Shown here: positions 1 through 7,573 of the stretch, one piece after another | Numbering within the stretch: position 1 is the first letter of the stretch | How the letters are laid out: each line of letters starts with the position of its first letter | DNA from: Clostridia bacterium | GTDB lineage: Bacteria > Bacillota > Clostridia > Christensenellales > Pumilibacteraceae | Assembly (NCBI GenBank): GCA_900762945.1 | Contig: CAAFIN010000339.1 | Span: 1-27,614, forward strand | Reading direction: 5' to 3' | DNA length: 27,614 nucleotides | Program-made: the position numbers and the translations under genes | Notes under the pieces: model-generated | Told to the model about the DNA's origin: nothing | What the model saw: the letters and a program-made list of their open reading frames with translations, nothing else | Database searches by the model: none

Positions 1-69
1 GTTTTTAAGGCGCGCGGCGGCTGACCGCCCTCCTTAAACGCATGCTCTTATGCGCATACGTCCGAAACG

Positions 70-101
70 AAAAAGACGGCAACCGAAATCGCCGTCTTTT
101 C
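70..101 (-). terminator. Intrinsic (rho-independent) terminator ending the left operon, probably bidirectional
   Basis: Perfect 10-bp inverted repeat AAAAGACGGC (71-80) / GCCGTCTTTT (91-100). On the minus strand the stem extends by G-U pairs around a UUCG loop and ends in a U-run. It lies about 30 nt past the GH36 stop codon. Confidence 0.85.
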
Positions 102-132
102 TTAATTATATGCGCATATTCGAATACGATAT

Positions 133-2313
133 TTAAGCGTTTGATACTTTCCGTAAGTGCCATATCCAGCAATCGAAATCGATAAGTCTCGGCACTGTAA
201 GTCCCGCACTCATCAGCGCTTTGCCGCTCGCCTTCATTCCGAGTTCCTCGATCGAATACTCGTACTCTTCGTTCAGTCCCGCGAGTTTAATTATGCGGTC
301 ATGTCCGCACGGCTCGGCGCGGAAACACTCACCCACGACGTAAGCGCGGGTCTTGTCTTTCGACACGATCGATACCGCGAAACGCTCGCACGCGAACGGA
401 TCGATAAGCCTGTAAAAATCGCCCGTCAGCACGAGATCTTCTATCTTGCGATAGTCGCGGATCTGCCGCTTTATCCGTTCCTTTTCGTCGCTCGCGAGCG
501 CGCCGGGATCGAGTTCGTAACCGGTAGCGCCCAGCGAAGCGATAGCGCCGCGCGTTCTCAGCGGCGTTACCCGCCCTGTCTGGTGGTTCGGACACGCGGA
601 AACGTGGCACGAAGCGCTCGACAGCGGATAGCAAAACGAAGTGCCGTACTGGATTCTCGCACGGTCGTAACAATCCGTGCAGTCGCTCGTCCAGATCTGC
701 GGAAAATAGTACAGCGCGCCGCCGTCGAATCTTCCGCCGCCACCCGCACAACCCTCGAACAATACGTTCGGAAACGCGCGCGTAAGTCTGTCCGCAAGAT
801 CGTAAAACCCCAGCGTATAGCGGTGCTGAAACTCGCCCTGTCGGTCAAAAGGCAGTCCGTCCGAGTAAAATTCCGTCATATCGCGGTTTTTGTCCCACTT
901 TATATAGGAAATATCGTTCCGGGTCAACAGCCGCGAAATCACGCCGAAAAGGTAGTCTACGACTTCGCTTTTCGTGAGGTCCAGCACGAGTTGGTTGCGG
1001 CTTCGGCACGGTTCTACCCCGCGCTTCGCTATCGCGAAATCGGGGCGGGAGCGGTAAAGATCGCTGTCCTCGCTGACCATTTCCGGCTCGAGCCACAGCC
1101 CGAATTTCAACCCCGCGCTCTTGCACTTGTCGATAATACCATTAAGCCCCGCGGGGAACTTTTCCGAATTGACATACCAGTCGCCCAGACTGCAGTTATC
1201 GGCGTTGCGCCGACCGAACCAGCCGTCATCGAGTACGAAAGTGTCCGCGCCCAGCGAAGCCGCTTCGTCGATTATCGCGAAAAGTTTCTCCTCGGTCACG
1301 TCGAAATAAGTCGCTTCCCAGTTGTTCAGCACAATCGGACGAGGTTTCTTCGCGAACGCGGGGTTTATCACTCCGTCGCGGAAAAAGTCGTGGTATTCTC
1401 TCGTCGCCTGCCCCGCTCCCGCCGCCGAATAGCACATAGCGACTTCGGGCGCGGTAAACTCCTCGCCGGGCGCGAGTTTCCACGAAAAACCGTAATCGTT
1501 CACGCCGCCCTGAACGCGTAGCCTGCGATTGCTTGACAGTTCTGCCGTGAGCGCGAACGAGCCGCTGTACAAAAGCGCGAAGCAATAGCATTCGCCCGAG
1601 GTTTCCGTGCAGTCCACCGTTCTCAGCATAAGGAACGGGTTCATCTGATGCGACGAATAACCGCGTGTCGACTCGATCCTTATCGTGCCGTCCGCGACGG
1701 GCGTAGTCACGGGCGTGCGTTCGCTCGCCCAGTCGCCCGCAAGCCGCGTGGCGTAAAACTCGCCGGTATCGGGAAGGTCCAGACAGAACGAGTACGCGCG
1801 TTCGAGCGTGACCGAATCGGTTCCGTGGTTTTTAACCGTCAGATACCGCACCAGCACGTCCGAGTCGTCCGCGACTATGTAATAAAGATCGATCGTAAGC
1901 CCCGAACACTCGTCCTTAACCGTTACGATCAGCGTTTCGTCCGCGACCCTTACCCCGGGAAGCCCGTCGGGCTTCGTCGCGCCGCGCACGATCTTATGCG
2001 AAACGTAGCGAAAAGCGCTCATCGCCGCGCCGTCGGAGCGCCGCGCGATAACCGTCGCCTGCCGATAATCGCCCCTGCCGAAACTGCCGATTTCCGACGG
2101 CGTGTTGCCGCTCGTCATTTCGCGGTTGGGGTCGGCGGGGTTCGGTTCGGCGCGAGAGCCGTGTTCGCGGATAAGGAACGCGATATCGCCGCGCTCGATT
2201 TTTTTGCCGTAATATAGTTGTTGAAGTATTCCCGCCGCGTCGACGTACGCAAAGTAGTCGTAAGTCTTGCCGCCGAGAATAAAGCATCGGGTGTTGACGT
2301 CGTAAGTAATCAT
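133..2313 (-). CDS. Alpha-galactosidase, glycoside hydrolase family 36 (cytoplasmic), 726 aa
   Basis: Canonical GH36 motifs: NNWEATYFD, FVLDDGWFG, KFGLWLEPEMVS, YIKWDKNR (nucleophile Asp), FEGCAGGGGRFD, WTSDCTD (acid/base Asp), GYELD. No signal peptide. Confidence 0.95.
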   Translation of the reverse strand: MITYDVNTRCFILGGKTYDYFAYVDAAGILQQLYYGKKIERGDIAFLIREHGSRAEPNPADPNREMTSGNTPSEIGSFGRGDYRQATVIARRSDGAAMSAFRYVSHKIVRGATKPDGLPGVRVADETLIVTVKDECSGLTIDLYYIVADDSDVLVRYLTVKNHGTDSVTLERAYSFCLDLPDTGEFYATRLAGDWASERTPVTTPVADGTIRIESTRGYSSHQMNPFLMLRTVDCTETSGECYCFALLYSGSFALTAELSSNRRLRVQGGVNDYGFSWKLAPGEEFTAPEVAMCYSAAGAGQATREYHDFFRDGVINPAFAKKPRPIVLNNWEATYFDVTEEKLFAIIDEAASLGADTFVLDDGWFGRRNADNCSLGDWYVNSEKFPAGLNGIIDKCKSAGLKFGLWLEPEMVSEDSDLYRSRPDFAIAKRGVEPCRSRNQLVLDLTKSEVVDYLFGVISRLLTRNDISYIKWDKNRDMTEFYSDGLPFDRQGEFQHRYTLGFYDLADRLTRAFPNVLFEGCAGGGGRFDGGALYYFPQIWTSDCTDCYDRARIQYGTSFCYPLSSASCHVSACPNHQTGRVTPLRTRGAIASLGATGYELDPGALASDEKERIKRQIRDYRKIEDLVLTGDFYRLIDPFACERFAVSIVSKDKTRAYVVGECFRAEPCGHDRIIKLAGLNEEYEYSIEELGMKASGKALMSAGLTVPRLIDFDCWIWHLRKVSNA

Positions 2314-2336
2314 GTTTATTTCCGTTTCGTTCGTTT

Positions 2337-3635
2337 TTAGTCGCCGACCACGGTTTTATACAGCGTTTGCGCGTACAGTCGGTGTCCGTAGTCGCCGGGG
2401 TGGTTCACGTTGTTGCTCGTGTAGTCTATAAAACGCTTGCGGGCGTTGACCGCTTGGAAAACGCTCGTCACGTCCGCGAACGCTACCGCCGTCCGCTCGC
2501 CCGCGATGCGACGAAGCACAGCCTTGTACTCGGGCTGGCGCGCGAGTATGGGCGTGCGGTTGCCCCAGTTCACTCGGATTTCGGCGTTCGGGAGCATGGG
2601 GGACACGAGTACGATTTCCGTTTTCGGGTTGCGCGCGGTTATCTTATCGATTGTGCTTTCGATATTGTCACCGTAGTCCGCGGGCGGCATATCCCCACCG
2701 TCGTTCATGCCGAACGCGATCACGACGAGGTCGGGCGCGTACGCGAGCATGTTTTCGAAGTTCGCTACCCCGTCCTGCTCGTACAAAGCCCATCTGCTCG
2801 TCTTGCCCGCGAGCGAAAAGTTTCTGAGTTCGACCTTATCTTCGCCGAATTTCGATTTCAGCGAAGCCTCGAAAAGCCCCGCGTACGGCGGGCAATGCGG
2901 CGCGATATCCACGTTCTCGTACCCCGAAGCCGTCCAGCCCTGCGAAATACTGTCGCCTAGTACCGCGACCTTGAGTTTCGCCGTGCCGCCGCTGAGTATC
3001 GCGTTAGTGCGCGGCAAGCGGTCGGACTGCGTTTTCGGCACGCTTCCCTGCCACAGCGCGGCGTGCCGATAGGTTACGGCAATCTGCCACTCGGTCATGC
3101 CCAAAGCGCGTTCGCCGTTTTCGACTATCGCTTCGCGGTAGATCTGCGCGCCGCTGCCGTAGCGCTCGGGCATCATCGCGGAGGAAGTCGGGTCGTAAGT
3201 ATCGATATAAAATTCGTCGTAGTCCATCGCTTTTATCGCGCCGTCGGGGTTTATCCGAAGTTTTCCGTCGGACGTAAGCGAGTAGTCCTTGCCCTCTTCG
3301 TAGAGTACGTCCAGTCCGTAACTGCGCACGGACGCGATCTGTTTTATCGGGTACAGGAGTTCGATCGGAGCGATCGAGCCGTCCTTTTCTTTACGGACGA
3401 ACGCGGTTTCCGCTACCGCAACGCCGCCGTCGTTCCATATCGGGGTCATGTACGCGCCGAGATCGAACGCGCCGAGGTCGTAGCCCTCGAGGTTCTCGGT
3501 CGTTCCGTCGGGAAGATCGGGGTCGACGTAAGCCGCGCCGCCGTCGTCGGGTTTGCCGGTCGGCGTATCCGCGCAAGCCGCGAGCGGAAACGTGAAAAGC
3601 AGTACTCCGAGCAATATCGCAATCAGTTTTTTCAT
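2337..3635 (-). CDS. SGNH/GDSL-family esterase lipoprotein (putative carbohydrate O-acyl esterase), 432 aa
   Basis: Start moved from the GTG at 3650 to the ATG at 3635 (SD GAGGAGGG upstream, MKKLIAILL...LAAC lipobox). SGNH blocks: VLGDSIS, AGKTS, FGMND, NNVNHPGDYGH. About 200 aa of unassigned sequence lies before the catalytic domain. Confidence 0.85.
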   Translation of the reverse strand: MKKLIAILLGVLLFTFPLAACADTPTGKPDDGGAAYVDPDLPDGTTENLEGYDLGAFDLGAYMTPIWNDGGVAVAETAFVRKEKDGSIAPIELLYPIKQIASVRSYGLDVLYEEGKDYSLTSDGKLRINPDGAIKAMDYDEFYIDTYDPTSSAMMPERYGSGAQIYREAIVENGERALGMTEWQIAVTYRHAALWQGSVPKTQSDRLPRTNAILSGGTAKLKVAVLGDSISQGWTASGYENVDIAPHCPPYAGLFEASLKSKFGEDKVELRNFSLAGKTSRWALYEQDGVANFENMLAYAPDLVVIAFGMNDGGDMPPADYGDNIESTIDKITARNPKTEIVLVSPMLPNAEIRVNWGNRTPILARQPEYKAVLRRIAGERTAVAFADVTSVFQAVNARKRFIDYTSNNVNHPGDYGHRLYAQTLYKTVVGD

Positions 3636-3646
3636 CGTAGCCCTCC

Positions 3647-5677
3647 TCACGCCGCGGTAAACTTCGCCAGTGCGCCGCTACCGGCGTTCTTTATGAAGTA
3701 ACTTATTTCTATAATTCCGTCCCAGTTCTCGGGTGCGTTCGCGTTAAGGTCGAGCGAATACTTGCCGTCCGCTCCGAAAATGTGGCTTTCGTCCGCTTTC
3801 TCTCGCGTTCCGAACGGAAGCTCGGGGTCAGAGGTAAAGCCGCCGACCGCGATTTTCACCGACTTTACGAAGCCGTCCGCGGTGTGGTAGTCCACTCTCA
3901 CGCCCAGCGCGGCGTTCTCTCCCGCGGCAAGTTCGCCGTAAGTTTCCACCGCGAAATCAAGTTTGCCGAGTTTGTTCGCACCGCTCGTTATCACGGCTAC
4001 GCTCGCTTCGCCCTCGTCGTTATCGAGCATGCCGAGGTAAGCGGCGAAACTGCCGTTGAACACGTCGGCAAACGGCTTATCGTCGCCGCGCTCGGTATAG
4101 CAGTATTCTTTTTTCATTAACTGCCCGATATTCGCCGTTTTATCGAGTTCGCTCTTGCTTTCGGCGGTATTGAATTCGATATAGTAAGCGCCGTTCACGG
4201 GGATTTCCAGAGTAACGCCGCCCTCGTTCTTAGGCTTTTTAATCGTCTTGTAAACCTCGGGCGTTTTGTTCGGAAGCCGCTTGACGTAATAATCGGGAAG
4301 TATGCCGTAAACCGTGCAACTTTCCGCTTCGAACGGCAGGTTTTTCCAGTCGATCGTGACGGTTTGCTTTTCCTTGAGCGCGCGGTTGTACACGATCGCG
4401 CCGGCGCGTAACGAGTCCGCGCCCGCCATTACGCCCACGGTTTCGTTTCCGTCGCCGCTCGTTTTCACGCGGGTTACCGGCAGTCTGCCGTAAGCCCACA
4501 GCGCGTGGTACACGGGGTTGACCGCGAGGTACGGCTCGAACAGTCCGAACTGCTCGGAAGCGATCCACATCGGCCAGGAAACGCGCGTCACGTCCGAAGC
4601 CTCGTTTATCCTCTCGATTGCGTCGTAGAACGCCCACACGCGCTCGTAAGTGTCGTTCATCTGGCTCTTGCCGCCGTAAAAATCGTTGGAAACCGGATGA
4701 TACTCGGTAAGGTGCTGCTGCACTTTGCGTATATCGTAAATTTTCGAGGTTTTATCGAACGCCTTACGCACTTCACTCAACTGGTAGGTGAAGTTGTTCT
4801 CGCCCGTGCCGCTCGTATAGTCGCCCTCGAGATCGCCGTCGGACGGTCCGTAAAAGTGCCAGGAAAAGCCGTCGGGCATTGCATCGCTTTCCGCGGAAGT
4901 CCTGAAAAAGTAGTCCCACCCCGTAGTGAGTTCGCCGCCGAGCGTAACCGATTCGTTTATGAATTTCAACGGTCTTGCCAGACCTGCGGAAACGACGGAA
5001 GCAAATTCGTTGGCATCGTAATACGCTTTCGCCGCAGTGATAACCGTATTTATCCACTCTTCGGTGCTTCCGAGCCAGTAGGCATTACCTTCGAGATCGG
5101 GTTCGTTCCAGGTTTCGAGCGTCGCGTAAATCCCGTTGCGTTTGAGATAATCCGCGACGTTATAGCAAAATTCGTAATAGCGCTTTGGGGCGGGAACGTT
5201 CCGGAAGTCGAGGTCGTCGCCCTCTTTCGTGGCGTAAGCGGGCGTACCCACCGCCACGAGGTACGGCGAAACGCCGCTTTCCTTGCACGCGTCGATAAAC
5301 TCGCGGGCAAGATCCCATTCTTCGTCCGAGCCGCCGCTGCCGCCGTTGCGACCTATCGGCTTTCCGATACCGTTCTGCTCGTTGCCGAACATCAAGTCGA
5401 TACGGAAGTTATCGGGTTTCAGTTCGTTTATGCCGCTCAGAGTTCCGAGCGCGGCGGGATCGAGCGTGCCGTCCGCTTCGCCCATGAACGTCCAGGTCGG
5501 GTTGAACATGTCCACTTTTTTCAGATTTTGCGGCAGCGTGCCATCCACCGCCGAAAAGTCGATGGCAATGCGCGTTCCTTTGTCGCCGCACGCCGACAGC
5601 GTTCCCAGCGAACTTGCGCAAACTCCCAGCGACAGAAGCACCGCCACGATTTTATTTTTAACCGATCGTTTTTTCAT
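3647..5677 (-). CDS. GH39-like (clan GH-A) glycoside hydrolase lipoprotein, 676 aa
   Basis: Signal peptide with LSAC lipobox and SD GAGGTG. ETWNEPD is the acid/base motif and HLTEYH the likely nucleophile; FSWHFY is also present. A beta-rich region and an unassigned C-terminal domain follow. The family is assigned by motif only. Confidence 0.75.
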   Translation of the reverse strand: MKKRSVKNKIVAVLLSLGVCASSLGTLSACGDKGTRIAIDFSAVDGTLPQNLKKVDMFNPTWTFMGEADGTLDPAALGTLSGINELKPDNFRIDLMFGNEQNGIGKPIGRNGGSGGSDEEWDLAREFIDACKESGVSPYLVAVGTPAYATKEGDDLDFRNVPAPKRYYEFCYNVADYLKRNGIYATLETWNEPDLEGNAYWLGSTEEWINTVITAAKAYYDANEFASVVSAGLARPLKFINESVTLGGELTTGWDYFFRTSAESDAMPDGFSWHFYGPSDGDLEGDYTSGTGENNFTYQLSEVRKAFDKTSKIYDIRKVQQHLTEYHPVSNDFYGGKSQMNDTYERVWAFYDAIERINEASDVTRVSWPMWIASEQFGLFEPYLAVNPVYHALWAYGRLPVTRVKTSGDGNETVGVMAGADSLRAGAIVYNRALKEKQTVTIDWKNLPFEAESCTVYGILPDYYVKRLPNKTPEVYKTIKKPKNEGGVTLEIPVNGAYYIEFNTAESKSELDKTANIGQLMKKEYCYTERGDDKPFADVFNGSFAAYLGMLDNDEGEASVAVITSGANKLGKLDFAVETYGELAAGENAALGVRVDYHTADGFVKSVKIAVGGFTSDPELPFGTREKADESHIFGADGKYSLDLNANAPENWDGIIEISYFIKNAGSGALAKFTAA

Positions 5678-5685
5678 TCGTCACC

Positions 5686-6228
5686 TCAGTATTCCACCGA
5701 CACGCGCACGTCCGTCAGGTCGTTTTCGCTGCCGAAACCGGCGTTAAGCACGAAATACAAACTTTCGCCCTTTTTAATATCTGTCGTAAGTTCTCCCACG
5801 TCCGCGCTTTCCTTGCCGTTGCCGACCAGCGAAACCTCGGCAAGCGTTTCTTTCGCGCCGTTTCCGAGCACCGAAAACAGCACGCCGTCGTCATTTTCGG
5901 TCTGTATTCCTATCAGTTTTACAGAAAATTTCACCGTAACTTTGCCGCTCTTCGGCGCATTGAAGCGCAGAATAACGTCCTCGTTCTGGTGCGGTTTCCA
6001 CTCGCTGCCGCACGCCGTCGTCAGCGAAGAATTGTAACAACCCTTGTACTCGTTGTAGGTCATAAGCGTGGGCTGAAACGACGCGTCACCGAACATGTAC
6101 GTCCAGCCTCTGTATCCTTGCTCCGCGGCAAAATCGGTTACGTTGTCATAGCGTCCGCCCGTATCCGCGCATGCGAAACAGCATGCGCAGCAAGCCAATG
6201 CAGCAATTATCGCAGTAAGTTTTTTCAT
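5686..6228 (-). CDS. Small lipoprotein with a single putative carbohydrate-binding beta-sandwich module, 180 aa
   Basis: Start moved to the ATG at 6228 (SD GAGGTGG; MKKLTAIIAALACCACCFAC lipoprotein signal). The mature part (DFAAEQGYRGWTY...DVILRFNAPKSGKV...DDGV...IKKGESLYFVLN...NDLT) is homologous to the two modules of the upstream gene. Confidence 0.75.
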   Translation of the reverse strand: MKKLTAIIAALACCACCFACADTGGRYDNVTDFAAEQGYRGWTYMFGDASFQPTLMTYNEYKGCYNSSLTTACGSEWKPHQNEDVILRFNAPKSGKVTVKFSVKLIGIQTENDDGVLFSVLGNGAKETLAEVSLVGNGKESADVGELTTDIKKGESLYFVLNAGFGSENDLTDVRVSVEY

Positions 6229-6233
6229 AATTC

Positions 6234-7538
6234 TTACCACCTCTTCCCGAGCGAAAGTCCCGCGACTGCCGCAAGCACCGCCAAAGCCTCCGAAGCCGCT
6301 TTGCCGCTGCCGCAACCCGTGTCTTCTTCGGATTCCGTCTTATTCGTCCCGAGAATTTCCGCTTCGTTTTTCGCAACCGACAAGTACGCGTCAAGATCGG
6401 TATCCGGGTATGCGGTCGTAATTTCGTCGCAGTAGATATTCGTTATAAACTCCACGCCGTCGCCTACTTCGTCTTGTTTCTTTCCCGTACCGAGCGAATA
6501 GATCACCGTATCGCCTTTTTTGACGGCAAGCCGCGTTTCGGGAATGACGTACACTTTTTTGCCGTAGTGATCGCAGGTTTCTTCCCACAGTTTTTCGCCG
6601 TTGAAATACAGCCCCGCGACCGCGCCGTCGCCCTCGTTCGAACTGCGCATGACGAAGCCGCCCACAGAAATCGTACCGTCGAAATCCGAAACCCAGATTT
6701 TAAGGTCGTCGAACTTGCCCGACGGGTGCATTTGCGTCTGCCCGATGAACTGGTAATTGAATCTGCCAGTCCAGCGGTAGTCACCGTAAACGTACCTGTG
6801 ATTCATGAGAATATATTTTTCGGGCGTGCCGTAGGCATAGTACCAACCGTACTTGCCCTGCTCGTCCGAATAGTTCCTTATCGACGCCGACGAACAGCCT
6901 AAGTCGTCCGTAAGCGTGACCGCGCCGGCGTTTTCGTCGGGTGTGAAATACGCTCCGAACGTCGTAGTATTGCCGTCGCTGTCGTTGTTGCCGTTGTTAT
7001 TTACCGACAGCGCGATAAGATCGCCCGCGTTTACTTTCACGCCCGTTATCTCGAAGCGCGCGGCGGTATCGGTTTTCAGTTCGTAATCGGCGTAATTCTC
7101 GCTCAGCGCCTGCGCTTCGCCGTAGCCGCCGCCCGTATACGCGCGTTTTTCTATCGAGAAGCGTATGCCGTTCACGTTGCGGTCGGGGTTCTTTTCCGCG
7201 TTCGTTTTCAGCCGCACGCTTCCTCTGAGGTTTACCGTGCCGTCGGCTGTAAAGCGGAACGCTTTTATAACGTCGCCGTAGTTGCCGGGATGAAGATTGA
7301 CCGCGCCGCTGCTCTCGGCTTCTATCTGCGCGAAAGTGTCGGTATCGGAATATCGCCACAGCCCGCCCGAAACCTCGTAAGTGCGGAAATACCGTCCGCC
7401 GAAGTCGCCGTAAAGGTAGTACGTTTCGGGGCTGAACGCGTTTTCCGCGCTCGCTTCGGCGTAACGCGGCAACGCCGCCGTCGCCAGTATCGCGAGCACA
7501 GGCAATAAACATAAAATCAAACGTTTTCTTTTTCTCAT
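6234..7538 (-). CDS. Secreted protein with two tandem putative carbohydrate-binding modules and a C-terminal GCG-hydrophobic-basic anchor, ~434 aa
   Basis: ATG at 7538 preceded by AAGGCGG. Sec signal peptide MRKRKRLILCLLPVLAILATAALPRYAEA. Two internal homologous modules (..LHPGNYGDVIKAF..VNAGDLIALSV.. and ..EQGKYGWYY..MHPSGKFDDLKIW..VKKGDTVIYSL..). The C-terminus is EEDTGCGSGKAASEALAVLAAVAGLSLGKRW. Confidence 0.75.
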   Translation of the reverse strand: MRKRKRLILCLLPVLAILATAALPRYAEASAENAFSPETYYLYGDFGGRYFRTYEVSGGLWRYSDTDTFAQIEAESSGAVNLHPGNYGDVIKAFRFTADGTVNLRGSVRLKTNAEKNPDRNVNGIRFSIEKRAYTGGGYGEAQALSENYADYELKTDTAARFEITGVKVNAGDLIALSVNNNGNNDSDGNTTTFGAYFTPDENAGAVTLTDDLGCSSASIRNYSDEQGKYGWYYAYGTPEKYILMNHRYVYGDYRWTGRFNYQFIGQTQMHPSGKFDDLKIWVSDFDGTISVGGFVMRSSNEGDGAVAGLYFNGEKLWEETCDHYGKKVYVIPETRLAVKKGDTVIYSLGTGKKQDEVGDGVEFITNIYCDEITTAYPDTDLDAYLSVAKNEAEILGTNKTESEEDTGCGSGKAASEALAVLAAVAGLSLGKRW

Positions 7539-7573
7539 AAGCACCGCCTTTTCAAGTTCCGGTTGTGTATATT

